Of a DNA stretch of 64,000 nucleotides, positions 10,414 through 20,582 are shown piece by piece (position 1 is the stretch's first letter; each line of letters starts with the position of its first letter). The notes below the pieces were generated by a model, which was given only the letters and a program-made list of their open reading frames with translations, made no database searches and was not told the DNA's origin. The position numbers and the translations under genes are program-made. Origin of the DNA: Sphingomonas sp. (GTDB lineage: Bacteria > Pseudomonadota > Alphaproteobacteria > Sphingomonadales > Sphingomonadaceae); the NCBI RefSeq assembly GCF_019635515.1, contig NZ_JAHBZI010000002.1, forward strand, positions 39,664 to 103,663, read 5' to 3'.

Positions 10414-10873
10414 CGTCGCGCGCCTCTACGCCGGTGAGCAGCGCATAGAGCGCGTCGATCGAGCCCGCACCGCGCAGCTTGGCGGCAAAGGCGCGGTCGC
10501 GCAGCCGCCGTGATACGCACGCCAACGCCTTCAGATGCTCGGCTCCGGCATCTGTTGGCGAAAGCAGCATGAACACCAGATCCACCGGCATATCGTCGAC
10601 TGCGGCGAAATCGACCGGTTTGGGCAGCCGCGCGAAAAGCCCACAGACGCGCTTCAGCCCGTCGAGCTTGCCGTGCGGAATGGCGATACCGCCGCCAAAC
10701 CCGGTCGAGCCCAGCTTCTCGCGCTCGGCCAGCCGTGCGCTGACCTCGGCGGCGTCGAGACCGTGGGCACGCGCCGCTGCCGCGCCCAATTGCTGGAACA
10801 GCGCCTTTTTCGTGGCGGCGCCCATGCCGGCGGCCACCGCCTCCGGCACGAGCAGATCGCTAAGTTCAATCAT
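10406..10873 (-). CDS. ptsN: PTS IIA(Ntr)-like nitrogen regulatory protein
   Basis: REKLGSTGFGGGIAIPHGK (phospho-His), DLVFMLL and HLKALA. Confidence 0.92.
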   Translation of the reverse strand: MIELSDLLVPEAVAAGMGAATKKALFQQLGAAAARAHGLDAAEVSARLAEREKLGSTGFGGGIAIPHGKLDGLKRVCGLFARLPKPVDFAAVDDMPVDLVFMLLSPTDAGAEHLKALACVSRRLRDRAFAAKLRGAGSIDALYALLTGVEARDAA

Positions 10874-10893
10874 CTAGTGCTCGATACGAATCG

Positions 10894-11478
10894 TCAGGAC
10901 GCGCGATTGGGCTCGACCCAGCCGATCGTGCCATCGCCGCGGCGATAAACCATATTGTGCGCGCCGGTTCCGGTGTTCTTGAACAGCAACGCATTGGTGT
11001 TGCGCAGATCGAGCATCATCACCGCGTCCGACACCGACGCCTCCGGCACATCGACGCGCGTTTCGGCGATGATCAGCGGCGCTTCCGAAACCTCCTCAGC
11101 CTCCGCTTCTTCGCGGAACAGCGTGTAGCCCGCATTGTCATAGGCGCCGGTTTCGGCAAACGCGGCGACCGCGCCGGCCTGGCGATCCTTGAGGCGGCGC
11201 GTGTAGCGGCGCAGCTGCTTGTCGATCCGGTCGGCCGCGCCATCGAACGCGCCCTCGGCCTTCTGGCCGGTGTTCGAAGCCTTGAGCACCAGCCCCTGCA
11301 TCACATGCATCACGATATCGCTGGTGAAGCCGTGATCGTGCGGCCCCTTGCCGAAGGTCGCGTGCGCCGAGATCGCGCGCGAGAAATATTTATCGGCGAT
11401 AGCCTGCAGCCGATCAGTGACCTGCGTCTGCAATGCGCCGCCCGTTTCGACCTGGTGACCAGAAACCCGGATATCCAT
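10894..11478 (-). CDS. hpf: Ribosome hibernation promoting factor (long HPF/RaiA)
   Basis: MDIRVSGHQVETG, KQLRRY and C-terminal S30AE domain (MSVSDAVM-like...VYRRGDGTIGW). Confidence 0.92.
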   Translation of the reverse strand: MDIRVSGHQVETGGALQTQVTDRLQAIADKYFSRAISAHATFGKGPHDHGFTSDIVMHVMQGLVLKASNTGQKAEGAFDGAADRIDKQLRRYTRRLKDRQAGAVAAFAETGAYDNAGYTLFREEAEAEEVSEAPLIIAETRVDVPEASVSDAVMMLDLRNTNALLFKNTGTGAHNMVYRRGDGTIGWVEPNRAS

Positions 11479-11532
11479 TCAGTACCTCCGCCGTTAGCGA
11501 GGAGCGCGAGCTAGGGACGCATGCCTTGCCCG

Positions 11533-12225
11533 TCAACCGGACGCGGCATTGCCCCAGAGCGGCTCCTCCATCCCAGAGAGAAAGGCTGCGTGGCGCGCAA
11601 GTTCCGCGTCCGATGCAGCAAAAAGGCGGGCCGGGCGCACATGCACCCGAGTCGATGCTTCGGCAGGCGTCTCGCGCATCACCGGCGCATCGACCGCGAG
11701 GCCCAAAGTGATCTGCCGCCCGCCCGTCAGCTCGACATAAACCTGCGCCAGCAACTGCGCATCGAGCAGGGCGCCGTGCAGCGCGCGCTGGCTGAGATCG
11801 ATCCCATAACGGGAGCAGAGCGCATCGAGCGTGTGCTTGGCCCCCGGATGCTTGACCCGCGCGATGCCGAGCGTATCGACCATCCGCTCGAGCGAGACGT
11901 GCGGACGCCCGCATTGGCCGAGCTCACCATTGAGGAAACCAAAGTCGAACCCGGCATTGTGGGCGACCATCGGGCTGTCGCCGATGAACTCGAGCAGTTC
12001 CTCGACCACTTCATGGAAGCCCGGTTTGTCGGACAGGAAGCGGTCCGACAGGCCGTGGACGTTGAACGCCTCGATCGGCATCGGCCGGCCGGGATTCACA
12101 TAAGCGTGGAAAGTTCGCCCGGTCATCACCCGGTTGTGGAGTTCGACACAGCCTATCTCGACCAGCCGGTCGCCCCCCGAGAAGCTGAGCCCGGTGGTTT
12201 CAGTGTCGAACACGATTTCACGCAT
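11533..12225 (-). CDS. dnaQ: DNA polymerase III epsilon subunit
   Basis: MREIVFDTETTG, HNAGFD and HGALLDA DEDDh motifs; C-terminal GGRQ. Confidence 0.95.
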   Translation of the reverse strand: MREIVFDTETTGLSFSGGDRLVEIGCVELHNRVMTGRTFHAYVNPGRPMPIEAFNVHGLSDRFLSDKPGFHEVVEELLEFIGDSPMVAHNAGFDFGFLNGELGQCGRPHVSLERMVDTLGIARVKHPGAKHTLDALCSRYGIDLSQRALHGALLDAQLLAQVYVELTGGRQITLGLAVDAPVMRETPAEASTRVHVRPARLFAASDAELARHAAFLSGMEEPLWGNAASG

Positions 12226-12233
12226 GGATATGC

Positions 12234-12827
12234 TTATCCTCCTCGCGGCTCCGCGAGGCAAGCGATGACGTGCGCAACCTGCGCGCGCGTCTCGTCCAAA
12301 GCGAACCCGGTCTCTATGACGAAATCGGCGCGCACGCGTTTCTCGGCGTCGGGCAATTGCCTTGCGAGAATCGCTTCGAAGCGCGTCGCGGTCATGCCAG
12401 GGCGGGAGAGGACACGGGCCCGCTGGATTTCCGCGGGCGCCGAAACCACGGCGATCTTGTCGACCTCTTCCCAGCCACCGGCTTCGAAAAGCAGGGGAAT
12501 GTCGAGTACCACCAAGGGCGCGCCTTTGTTGGCGGCCAGAAACGCCGCCCGCGACCCGGCGACGGCGGGGTGGACGATCATCTCGAGTCGCCGGAACGCC
12601 TCGGGTTTGCCGATCACCCGCTCGCCAAGCGCCACGCGATTGACGCCTTCCGGTCCAGTGGTGCCGGGAAACTCCGCCTCGATGCGCGCGACCAGTGCTT
12701 CATCAGGGCCCTGCAACCGGTGCACCTCGGCATCGGCATCGAACACCGGCACGCCGGCCTCAGCGAACATTGTCGCCACCGTCGATTTGCCCATGCCGAT
12801 CGATCCGGTGAGGCCGAGCACAATCAT
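12234..12827 (-). CDS. coaE: Dephospho-CoA kinase
   Basis: GLTGSIGMGKST, DAD, VHP and LDIPLLFE. Confidence 0.95.
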   Translation of the reverse strand: MIVLGLTGSIGMGKSTVATMFAEAGVPVFDADAEVHRLQGPDEALVARIEAEFPGTTGPEGVNRVALGERVIGKPEAFRRLEMIVHPAVAGSRAAFLAANKGAPLVVLDIPLLFEAGGWEEVDKIAVVSAPAEIQRARVLSRPGMTATRFEAILARQLPDAEKRVRADFVIETGFALDETRAQVAHVIACLAEPRGG

Positions 12828-13627
12828 GCGGTAAGGATCGCCCGCAATTCCTCGTCGCGGTCGCGCGGCGGTTCCGCGCCGAAGAACAATTCGAACGCCA
12901 ATGCCGCCTGGCCGATCAGCATGTCGAGGCCATCGACGGTATCGAGCTCACGATCGCGCGCCTGGGCGAGCAGGTCGGTCTCGAGCGGGGCGTAGACGAT
13001 GTCATATACCACCGCTTCCTCGGGCAGCGGCGACAGGTCGATCTCGAGCGGCGGCTGACCGGCCATGCCCAGGGCACTGGCATTGACCACCAGCCCGGCC
13101 GCCGGCAGCGGCGAACCGAGCGGCACCGCATCGCCCTTAAGCCCGAAGCTCGACAGCAGCGCCGCCGCCTTGAGGACATTACGGTTCATCACCGTGACCC
13201 GCGCCACGCCCAGCTTGGACAAAGCGAACAGGATCGCCCGCGCCGCGCCACCGGCGCCGATCACCACCGCATGCTTGTCCTCGAGCTCAAGCCCGGCGAT
13301 CGGCGCATAAAAGCCGCCGGCATCGGTGTTGGTTCCGATCAGGGCATCGCCATCGCGCACCACGGTGTTGATGGCGCCGATCGACTCGCGCACCCCGCCG
13401 CGATCCTCGACCAGATCGAGCGCCGCCTGCTTGTGCGGGATGGTGATGTTGCACCCCCGCCAGTCCGGATCGGCCCGCCGCGACGCGAAATAGGCGGCGA
13501 GCGCATCTGGCGTCACATGCGTGGCGCGGTATTCAGCCTCGATGCCCAACGCTTTCAGCCAGAAGCCGTGGATCGCCGGTGATTTCGAATGGCTGATCGG
13601 ATCGCCGATCACTTCGGCATAGATCAT
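12824..13627 (-). CDS. aroE: Shikimate dehydrogenase
   Basis: [35 protein letters not shown] and MLIGQA; ATGA coupling to maf. Confidence 0.94.
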   Translation of the reverse strand: MIYAEVIGDPISHSKSPAIHGFWLKALGIEAEYRATHVTPDALAAYFASRRADPDWRGCNITIPHKQAALDLVEDRGGVRESIGAINTVVRDGDALIGTNTDAGGFYAPIAGLELEDKHAVVIGAGGAARAILFALSKLGVARVTVMNRNVLKAAALLSSFGLKGDAVPLGSPLPAAGLVVNASALGMAGQPPLEIDLSPLPEEAVVYDIVYAPLETDLLAQARDRELDTVDGLDMLIGQAALAFELFFGAEPPRDRDEELRAILTA

Positions 13628-14220
13628 GACGGCAGAATCCCTCGCGTCCGGCAATAGTCGAGCACCGGCAGCAGCGGCATGCCGAGAATGGTGAAGTGGC
13701 TGCCATCGACCTTGCTGAACAGCTGGACACCCGGCCCCTCGATCCGGAAGCAGCCGACGCAACCACTGATCGCCGGCCACTCCCGGTCGAGATAGGAGTG
13801 GATGAAATCCTCGCTCAGCGTCCGGACATGCAGCTTGGCGCGATCGACGAAGCGCCACACCGGCTGGCCGCTTTCAGCGATCACCGCGGCGCTGAAGAGC
13901 TCATGCGTCGCCCCCGACATACGCCGGAGATGCTCGGCGGCTTGGTTGCGGCTCTCGGGCTTGTCAAGCAGGCTGCCATCGGCGAGCGCGACCAGCGAGT
14001 CGCTGCCCAACACCAGCGCACCCGGCGCCATCCGCGAGACCTTCAATGCCTTCAATTCGGCCAGCGCATCGGCAAGGTCGCGTGGGCTGGTACCACCCGC
14101 CAGCAGCGACCCCTTCGCCGACGCTTCATCGACCTGCGCCGCCATCGCCTCATAGGGCACACCGGCAGCATCGAGCATCGCCCGCCGCGAAGCGCTTTGC
14201 GAGGCGAGGATCAGCTTCAT
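13624..14220 (-). CDS. maf: Maf family nucleoside triphosphate pyrophosphatase
   Basis: [20 protein letters not shown] and ILGMPL. Confidence 0.92.
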   Translation of the reverse strand: MKLILASQSASRRAMLDAAGVPYEAMAAQVDEASAKGSLLAGGTSPRDLADALAELKALKVSRMAPGALVLGSDSLVALADGSLLDKPESRNQAAEHLRRMSGATHELFSAAVIAESGQPVWRFVDRAKLHVRTLSEDFIHSYLDREWPAISGCVGCFRIEGPGVQLFSKVDGSHFTILGMPLLPVLDYCRTRGILPS

Positions 14221-15035
14221 TCGCCGCTCCTGAGCGCGCGCTCGTTGCAGAGCTGGATGATCGCCGCTGCGGTTTCCTCGATCGATCGCCGCGTCACGTC
14301 GATCACCGGCCAGCCATTATCGGCGAACATCCGCCGTGCGAAAGCGATTTCGCGCTGCACCGAATCCTGATCTACATAGCTGGTCTCGGTGGTCTGGTTG
14401 ATCGCCAGCAGACGATTGCGCCGGATCGCGACCAGCCGGTCGGCGCTGGTCGTCAACCCAACTACCAGCGGGTGCTTGAGGTTGTAGAGTTTTTCCGGCG
14501 GCGGCGATTCGACGACGATCGGTATATTGGCGGTCTTGAAGCCACGATTGGCGAGATAGATCGAGGTCGGCGTTTTCGACGACCGCGATACGCCCGCCAG
14601 CACGACATCGGCTTCTTCCCAATTCTCCCAGCCGATGCCGTCGTCATGGGCGATGGTGAACTGGATCGCATCGACTCGGGCGAAATAGGCCGCGTCGAGC
14701 GTGTGCTGCCGCCCCGGCCGCGCCTTGGCTTCCTGTCCGAGCAGGTTCGACAGCGCATGGTTGACCGGATCGAGCGGCGCGATCGCCGGCAGTCCCATCG
14801 CCCGGCAGCGGCTCTCCAGCGTTCGTCGCGTCTCGCTATTGACCAGAGTGAAGATCACCAGCCCGGGATTCTGCGCGATCTCGGCGAGGATCCGCTCGAG
14901 ATGCGCTTCGCTGCGTACCATCGGCCAGAAATGGCGCTGCGGCTCGACATCGTCGAACTGGGCGAGCGCCGCCTTGGCGATATTCTCCAGCGTCTCGCCG
15001 GTCGAATCGGAGAGAAGATGGAGGTGCAGCTTCAT
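14217..15035 (-). CDS. ppsR: Pyruvate,phosphate/water dikinase regulatory protein (DUF299 kinase/pyrophosphorylase)
   Basis: [30 protein letters not shown] and [12 protein letters not shown]. Start MKLHLH at 15035. Confidence 0.9.
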   Translation of the reverse strand: MKLHLHLLSDSTGETLENIAKAALAQFDDVEPQRHFWPMVRSEAHLERILAEIAQNPGLVIFTLVNSETRRTLESRCRAMGLPAIAPLDPVNHALSNLLGQEAKARPGRQHTLDAAYFARVDAIQFTIAHDDGIGWENWEEADVVLAGVSRSSKTPTSIYLANRGFKTANIPIVVESPPPEKLYNLKHPLVVGLTTSADRLVAIRRNRLLAINQTTETSYVDQDSVQREIAFARRMFADNGWPVIDVTRRSIEETAAAIIQLCNERALRSGE

Positions 15036-15344
15036 GCCGCTGTGGACCGATCGGGGGATAAACGCATGGACAGGCGCTAGCGCAACCGGGCGCACGAACC
15101 AAGTCAGCGGAGTCGTTCGATTCGCCTCGCGATTCGTCCACAACGGCATCCCCACCCCCGGTTCCGATCCACAGCCTGTGGAAATCGGGGAGTGTTTTCG
15201 CGAATCCGGGGGAGTCCGCGAGCCTCTGGGAGTCAAATTGTTGGCAAGTCGCGGACGAGCGCATAAGCCCCGGCTTCCACGCCTCTACATCCTACAACAA
15301 TCTCTAGATTCTCTTCTTTATAGTAATAGAAAGCGGCCCAATCC
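15036..15344. other. Probable chromosomal replication origin (oriC)
   Basis: Same DUF299-hemE intergenic position as Caulobacter Cori. DnaA-box-like 9-mers: TGTGGACCG 15041, GGGGATAAA 15054, TCGTCCACA 15134, CGATCCACA 15165, TGTGGAAAT 15177. AT-rich tract about 15285-15330. Seven GANTC sites in 15110-15311. Gene orientation diverges here and parABS lies 7-11 kb away. Confidence 0.85.
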
Positions 15345-16373
15345 GTGTCTGCTCCAGTCTCTTCCCCCAAGCCCTTGCTCGCGACGCTTCAGGGCCTTCG
15401 ACAGGAGATTCCGCCGGTCTGGCTGATGCGTCAGGCCGGGCGTTATCTGCCCGAATATCGTGCGCTCCGGGCCGAGAAGGGCGGATTCCTCGCTCTGGTC
15501 AACGATAGCGAGGCCGCCGCCGAGATCACTCTCCAGCCGATCCGCCGCTTCGGCATGGACGGCGCGATCCTGTTTTCCGATATCCTGATGGTACCCTTGG
15601 CGCTGGGGCAGGATCTCTGGTTCGAAACCGGCGAAGGCCCGCGTCTCGCGCCCAAACTGGTCGCGCGCGATGTTCTCGATGGCCTGGCCGCGAACATGGG
15701 CGCGCTCGATCCGGTTTACGAAACCGTGCGGCGGGTAAAGGCCGCGCTCGATCCCGCCGTCACCTTTCTGGGCTTTGCCGGGAGCCCATGGACGGTTGCC
15801 ACCTATATGATCGCGGGGCAGGGTAGCCGCGAGCAGGCCGAAGCGCGGCGGCTGGCCTATAACGACCCCCAACTGATGCAGGCGCTGGTCGATCGGATCA
15901 CTGATTGCACGATCATCTATCTGCAGAGGCAGATCGATGCCGGGGTCGAGGCGGTCCAGTTGTTCGACAGCTGGGCGGGCAGCCTGAGCCCAACGCAATT
16001 CGAGCAATGGGTGATCGCGCCCAACGCGAAGATCGCTGCAGCGTTCAAGGGCAAAGTGCCGGTGATCGGTTTTCCCAAGGGCGCGGGCGGCAAGCTCGCC
16101 GCCTATGCCCGCGAAACCGGCGTGGATGCGATCGGGCTGGACGAAACCGTCGATCCCGTCTGGGCCGATGCCGAATTGCCAACGGGCCTGCCGGTGCAGG
16201 GCAATCTCGACCCGCTGGCGCTGATCGCCGGCGGCGCGATCCTCGACAAGGCGGTCGACCACATCCGTGGCGCCTTTGCGGAGCGCCCGCACGTCTTCAA
16301 TCTCGGCCACGGCATCCAGCAGGATACGCCGATCGACCGTGTCGAGCATCTCCTCAAGCGGATTCGCGGGTGA
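15345..16373 (+). CDS. hemE: Uroporphyrinogen decarboxylase
   Basis: WLMRQAGRYLPEY, ILFSDIL, GFAGSPWT, QLFDSWA and FNLGHG. Confidence 0.96.
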   Translation: MSAPVSSPKPLLATLQGLRQEIPPVWLMRQAGRYLPEYRALRAEKGGFLALVNDSEAAAEITLQPIRRFGMDGAILFSDILMVPLALGQDLWFETGEGPRLAPKLVARDVLDGLAANMGALDPVYETVRRVKAALDPAVTFLGFAGSPWTVATYMIAGQGSREQAEARRLAYNDPQLMQALVDRITDCTIIYLQRQIDAGVEAVQLFDSWAGSLSPTQFEQWVIAPNAKIAAAFKGKVPVIGFPKGAGGKLAAYARETGVDAIGLDETVDPVWADAELPTGLPVQGNLDPLALIAGGAILDKAVDHIRGAFAERPHVFNLGHGIQQDTPIDRVEHLLKRIRG

Positions 16374-16825
16374 TGACGGGCTTCCTCGGCGGCGCCTATC
16401 TGTGGGTCAAGGCCGCACATATTATCTTCGTGATCTTCTGGATGGCCGGCCTGTTCCTGTTGCCGCGCTATCTGGTCCATCATCAGGAGGCGCTGGGAAG
16501 CCCGCAGGCGGCCGAATGGACGCGTCGTGAGGAATTGCTCCGCCGGATGATCCTCACCCCTTCCATCGTCATCGTATGGCTATTGGGGCTGGCCCTCGCG
16601 GCGGACCTTGGCCTGTTCGATGGCGGCGCGGGGCTCGGCTGGCTCCACGCAAAGCTGCTGGTCGTCTGCGCGCTCTCCGGCTATCATGGTTGGGCGGTCG
16701 GCTATTCGAAGAAGCTGGCGGTGGGGCAGGGCGGCATTGCGTCGCGCCGCTTGCGGATGCTTGGCGAGGTTCCGGCGCTGGCAGTGATCGCAATCGTGAT
16801 ACTGGCGGTCGTAAAGCCGTTCTGA
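16373..16825 (+). CDS. hemJ: Protoporphyrinogen IX oxidase HemJ (CopD-like membrane protein)
   Basis: WVKAAHIIFVIFWMAGLFLLPR, WLHAKL, and NEVP-like GEVP; TGATG coupling to hemE. Confidence 0.88.
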   Translation: MTGFLGGAYLWVKAAHIIFVIFWMAGLFLLPRYLVHHQEALGSPQAAEWTRREELLRRMILTPSIVIVWLLGLALAADLGLFDGGAGLGWLHAKLLVVCALSGYHGWAVGYSKKLAVGQGGIASRRLRMLGEVPALAVIAIVILAVVKPF

Positions 16826-16967
16826 CTTGGTTGACTTGAGCGCGGGGCGCTCCTAATTCGCGGGCGTGTACCGGGTCCCACCGGCGCATTCCTTCCAGCA
16901 TCGATTTGTCCCGCGCCCGTGCGCCGACCGACGCTCCTTCTCGCAAAACCAAATTCCGGACGCTCTC

Positions 16968-18224
16968 ATGCATCTCAAAGAACTCAAGAAAAAGGCGCCG
17001 GCGGAGCTGGTCAACATGGCCGAGGAGCTCGGCGTCGAAAGCGCCTCGACGCTCCGCAAGCAGGATCTGCTGTTCGCGATCCTCAAGATCCAGGCCGATA
17101 ATGGCGACCAGATCATGGGCGAAGGCACGATCGAAGTGCTGCCCGACGGGTTCGGCTTCCTGCGCAGCCCCCAGGCCAATTATCTCGCCGGCCCCGATGA
17201 CATCTATGTCTCGCCCAATCAGGTCCGCAAATTCGGCCTACGCACCGGCGACACCGTCGAAGGCGAGATTCGCGGGCCCAAGGACGGCGAGCGCTATTTC
17301 GCGCTGACCAAGCTGGTCTCGGTTAATTTCGACGATCCCGACGCGGTCCGCCACCGCGTCAACTTCGACAATCTCACCCCGCTCTACCCAGAGCAGAAGC
17401 TGACGCTCGATCCGCAGGATCCGACGATCAAGGACAAGTCTTCGCGCGTCATCGACATCGTCTCGCCGCAGGGTAAGGGCCAGCGCACGCTGATCGTTGC
17501 CCCGCCGCGCGTCGGCAAGACGGTGATGCTCCAGAACATCGCCAAGGCGATCACCGACAATCACCCCGAGGTGTTCCTGCTCGTCCTGCTGATCGACGAG
17601 CGCCCCGAGGAAGTCACTGACATGCAGCGCTCGGTGAAGGGCGAGGTTGTCTCCTCGACCTTCGACGAACCGGCAACCCGTCACGTGCAAGTCGCCGAGA
17701 TGGTGATCGAAAAGGCCAAGCGCCTGGTCGAGCACAAGAAGGATGTCGTGATCCTGCTCGATTCGATCACCCGTCTCGGCCGGGCCTACAACACCGTAGT
17801 GCCTTCTTCGGGCAAGGTTCTGACCGGCGGCGTCGACGCCAACGCGCTTCAGCGCCCCAAGCGTTTCTTCGGCGCCGCGCGCAACATTGAGGAGGGCGGT
17901 TCGCTCTCGATCATCGCGACCGCGCTGATCGATACCGGCAGCCGCATGGACGAAGTCATCTTCGAAGAGTTCAAGGGCACCGGTAACTCCGAAATCGTCC
18001 TCGACCGCAAGGTCGCCGACAAGCGCATCTTCCCGGCGCTGGATGTCGGCAAGTCGGGCACCCGCAAGGAAGAGCTGCTGGTCGATAAGACCAAGCTCTC
18101 CAAGATGTGGGTACTGCGCCGCATCCTCATGCAGATGGGCACGATCGACGCGATGGAGTTCTTGCTCGACAAGATGAAGGATTCGAAGACCAATGAGGAT
18201 TTCTTCGACAGCATGAATTCGTAA
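16968..18224 (+). CDS. rho: Transcription termination factor Rho
   Basis: MHLKELKKK start; [33 protein letters not shown] and KGTGNSE. Confidence 0.97.
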   Translation: MHLKELKKKAPAELVNMAEELGVESASTLRKQDLLFAILKIQADNGDQIMGEGTIEVLPDGFGFLRSPQANYLAGPDDIYVSPNQVRKFGLRTGDTVEGEIRGPKDGERYFALTKLVSVNFDDPDAVRHRVNFDNLTPLYPEQKLTLDPQDPTIKDKSSRVIDIVSPQGKGQRTLIVAPPRVGKTVMLQNIAKAITDNHPEVFLLVLLIDERPEEVTDMQRSVKGEVVSSTFDEPATRHVQVAEMVIEKAKRLVEHKKDVVILLDSITRLGRAYNTVVPSSGKVLTGGVDANALQRPKRFFGAARNIEEGGSLSIIATALIDTGSRMDEVIFEEFKGTGNSEIVLDRKVADKRIFPALDVGKSGTRKEELLVDKTKLSKMWVLRRILMQMGTIDAMEFLLDKMKDSKTNEDFFDSMNS

Positions 18225-18253
18225 AGCCTTAGGCCGGCAGGCGGAAAGTCTGA

Positions 18254-18276
18254 GGGCGCGGGCTTTGCTCGCGCCC
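18254..18276 (+). terminator. GC-rich hairpin downstream of rho
   Basis: GGGCGCGGGC-TTT-GCTCGCGCCC, a 10-bp stem with one G-U pair. No clear U-tract, so terminator function is uncertain. Confidence 0.35.
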
Positions 18277-18298
18277 GGCTTCACGCTAGGGCGTCGCC

Positions 18299-18940
18299 AT
18301 GCACCTGAACTTCGCCGACGTCTTCAAGCCTTCGGGTCTCGCCAGCCTCGGCCAGATCATCCTCGGCGATCTCACCATGGCAGGTGACAACGTGGTGGTC
18401 ATGGGTTCGGTCGCGGCAGGCCTGCCCGAGAAGGACCGTCGCCGCGTGCTTCTACTCGGCGTCGGCATGGCGCTGGTCTTCCTGATCGGCTTCTCGTTGA
18501 TCGCGGTACAATTGCTCCACATTACCGGTCTGGTGCTGGCTGGCGGGCTTCTCCTCTTGTGGGTCGCGTTCAACATGTGGCGCGAGATTCGCGAGGCGGC
18601 GCATGGCAATGCCGATGCGACGGGCGACGTCGCCGTGGCCAAGATACCCAAGACCTTCCTCGCCGCGGCGATCCAGATCACCATCGCTGATCTTTCGATG
18701 AGCATCGACAATGTCCTGCTCGTCGCTTCGATCGCCCGCGATAACCCGGCTTTGCTGTTCATCGGGCTCAGCTTTTCGGTGCTGCTGATGGGTCTTGCCG
18801 CCAATTATGTCGCGCAGCTGATCCAGCGTTATCACTGGATCGCCTATATCGGATTGATCGTGATCCTGTGGGTTGCCGGGCGAATGATTTATGAGGGGGT
18901 CGTCGACAACAAGATCGGCATCCTCCATTTGTTAGTCTGA
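18299..18940 (+). CDS. TerC/YjbE family membrane protein (paralogue 1)
   Basis: DLTMAGDNVVV and IADLSMSIDNVLLVA motifs; multiple TM segments. Confidence 0.87.
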   Translation: MHLNFADVFKPSGLASLGQIILGDLTMAGDNVVVMGSVAAGLPEKDRRRVLLLGVGMALVFLIGFSLIAVQLLHITGLVLAGGLLLLWVAFNMWREIREAAHGNADATGDVAVAKIPKTFLAAAIQITIADLSMSIDNVLLVASIARDNPALLFIGLSFSVLLMGLAANYVAQLIQRYHWIAYIGLIVILWVAGRMIYEGVVDNKIGILHLLV

Positions 18941-18942
18941 CC

Positions 18943-19554
18943 ATGCTCGAATCGCTCCTCGCTCCCGACGCACTCTCCGCGCTTGGCGAAGTGATCGTCA
19001 TCGATCTGGTGCTTGCGGGCGACAATGCCGTGGTGGTGGGGGCGCTTGCGGCGGGGCTGCCAGCCAGGCAGCAGCGCCAGGTCATCCTCGTCGGCATTGC
19101 CGCGGCGTTGATCATGCGGATCGGCTTCGCACTGGTCGCCACGCAGCTGCTGCAGGTCATCGGCCTGCTCTTCGCGGGCGGGCTGCTACTGCTATGGGTC
19201 GCGTGGCGGATGTGGCGCGAGCTGCGCGAGGGCAACCAGCACGAGGAAATCACCACCCGCCCGCCCAAAAGCTTCCTCGCCGCCGCTTGGTCGGTGGCGC
19301 TAGCCGATGTCAGCATGAGCCTCGACAACGTCCTGGGAGTCGCCGGCGCCGCGCGCGAGCATCCCACCATCTTGATCTTCGGCCTGATCTTCTCGGTCGC
19401 GGTGATGGGCTTGGCGGCGAACCTGATCGCGCGCGTGATCGACCGCCACCGCTGGATCGGCTTTGTTGGCCTCGCGGTGATCGTCTGGGTGGCGGTACGG
19501 ATGGTCTATGAGGGTGTGGTCAACCACGAAACCGGGCTCGCGGTTCTCGTCTAG
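18943..19554 (+). CDS. TerC/YjbE family membrane protein (paralogue 2)
   Basis: DLVLAGDNAVVV and LADVSMSLDNVLGVAGAA. Confidence 0.9.
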   Translation: MLESLLAPDALSALGEVIVIDLVLAGDNAVVVGALAAGLPARQQRQVILVGIAAALIMRIGFALVATQLLQVIGLLFAGGLLLLWVAWRMWRELREGNQHEEITTRPPKSFLAAAWSVALADVSMSLDNVLGVAGAAREHPTILIFGLIFSVAVMGLAANLIARVIDRHRWIGFVGLAVIVWVAVRMVYEGVVNHETGLAVLV

Positions 19555-20246
19555 CCGAGAGTCTCCGCGAAGAATTCCGCTGTTCGTTGATCCGCGAGCT
19601 GTGCCGCCGCTTCCGAACGCCGTTTGCCGCTCTCGGTCGCGAAACCGTGATCCTCACCCGGATAGTCGAAGATCCGCACCTTCGGGTGATCGTCGAGCCC
19701 CTCGTGCATCTTTGCCTGGATATCCGGCGTCACGAAATGATCGGCGCCGGCGATGTGAAGCAGCACCGGGTTGGCAATGGCGTGTTTCTCGCCAAGCAGA
19801 TTGTCGATGCCCACCCCGTAATAGCCGACGCTCGCATCGGCATCGGTGCGCGCCGCGGTCATGAAGGCAAGCCTCCCGCCCAGGCAATAGCCGACCACGC
19901 CAACCTTGCGCGCGCCGCTTTCCGCGCGTGCCGCACGGATCGTCGCCTCGATATCGCGGACCCCGGCATCCTGGTTGAACTTACCCATCAGATCCAGGGC
20001 AGTCTGAAACTCCTTTGGCACGTCGGGATCGAGAGAGACGCCCGGTTCCAGCCGCCAGAACAGGTCGGGGGCGATCGCCAGATACCCCGCGGCGGCCCAG
20101 TCGTCGCATTTCCGGCGGATACCCGGGTTCACTCCAAAGATTTCCTGGATCACCACGATTGCCGCACGCGGCGCCTCCGCAGGCTCGGCGACATAGGCGT
20201 CGAAGCTGCCGCTGCCGTCGATGGTCGCGATCTTCATCATGCTCAT
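19551..20246 (-). CDS. Dienelactone hydrolase family protein
   Basis: VIQEIFGV, GYCLGG nucleophile elbow, YYG and HGF. Confidence 0.92.
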   Translation of the reverse strand: MSMMKIATIDGSGSFDAYVAEPAEAPRAAIVVIQEIFGVNPGIRRKCDDWAAAGYLAIAPDLFWRLEPGVSLDPDVPKEFQTALDLMGKFNQDAGVRDIEATIRAARAESGARKVGVVGYCLGGRLAFMTAARTDADASVGYYGVGIDNLLGEKHAIANPVLLHIAGADHFVTPDIQAKMHEGLDDHPKVRIFDYPGEDHGFATESGKRRSEAAAQLADQRTAEFFAETLG

Positions 20247-20348
20247 GACAGGGTCTTTCCGATGGGCGTTGTCAGGATGCCGCTTTCGCGGGCATAGATC
20301 GTGACTCGAACCCTAGCATTCGCGCGGCGACACGCAACGGAGAGCCCG

Positions 20349-20582
20349 ATGAAGATCAATGTCGAAGTCGATTGCACACCGGAAGAGGCGCGGCGTTTCA
20401 TGGGCCTGCCCGATCTGACGCCGGTGCATGACATCTATCTGAAGAAAATGCTCGAAGCCGTTGAGAATCAGACAAATCCTGAGGCATTCCAATCGCTTAT
20501 GCAAAGCTGGTCGCCAATGGGCGAGGCTGGCATGAATTTCTGGAAGGGTTTGTTCGAGGCTGGAGCCAAGCCGGGCAAGTGA
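20349..20582 (+). CDS. Small conserved protein (DUF6489-like)
   Basis: MKINVEVDCTPEEARRFMGLPDLTP pattern; GTGA coupling to mnmE. Confidence 0.75.
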   Translation: MKINVEVDCTPEEARRFMGLPDLTPVHDIYLKKMLEAVENQTNPEAFQSLMQSWSPMGEAGMNFWKGLFEAGAKPGK

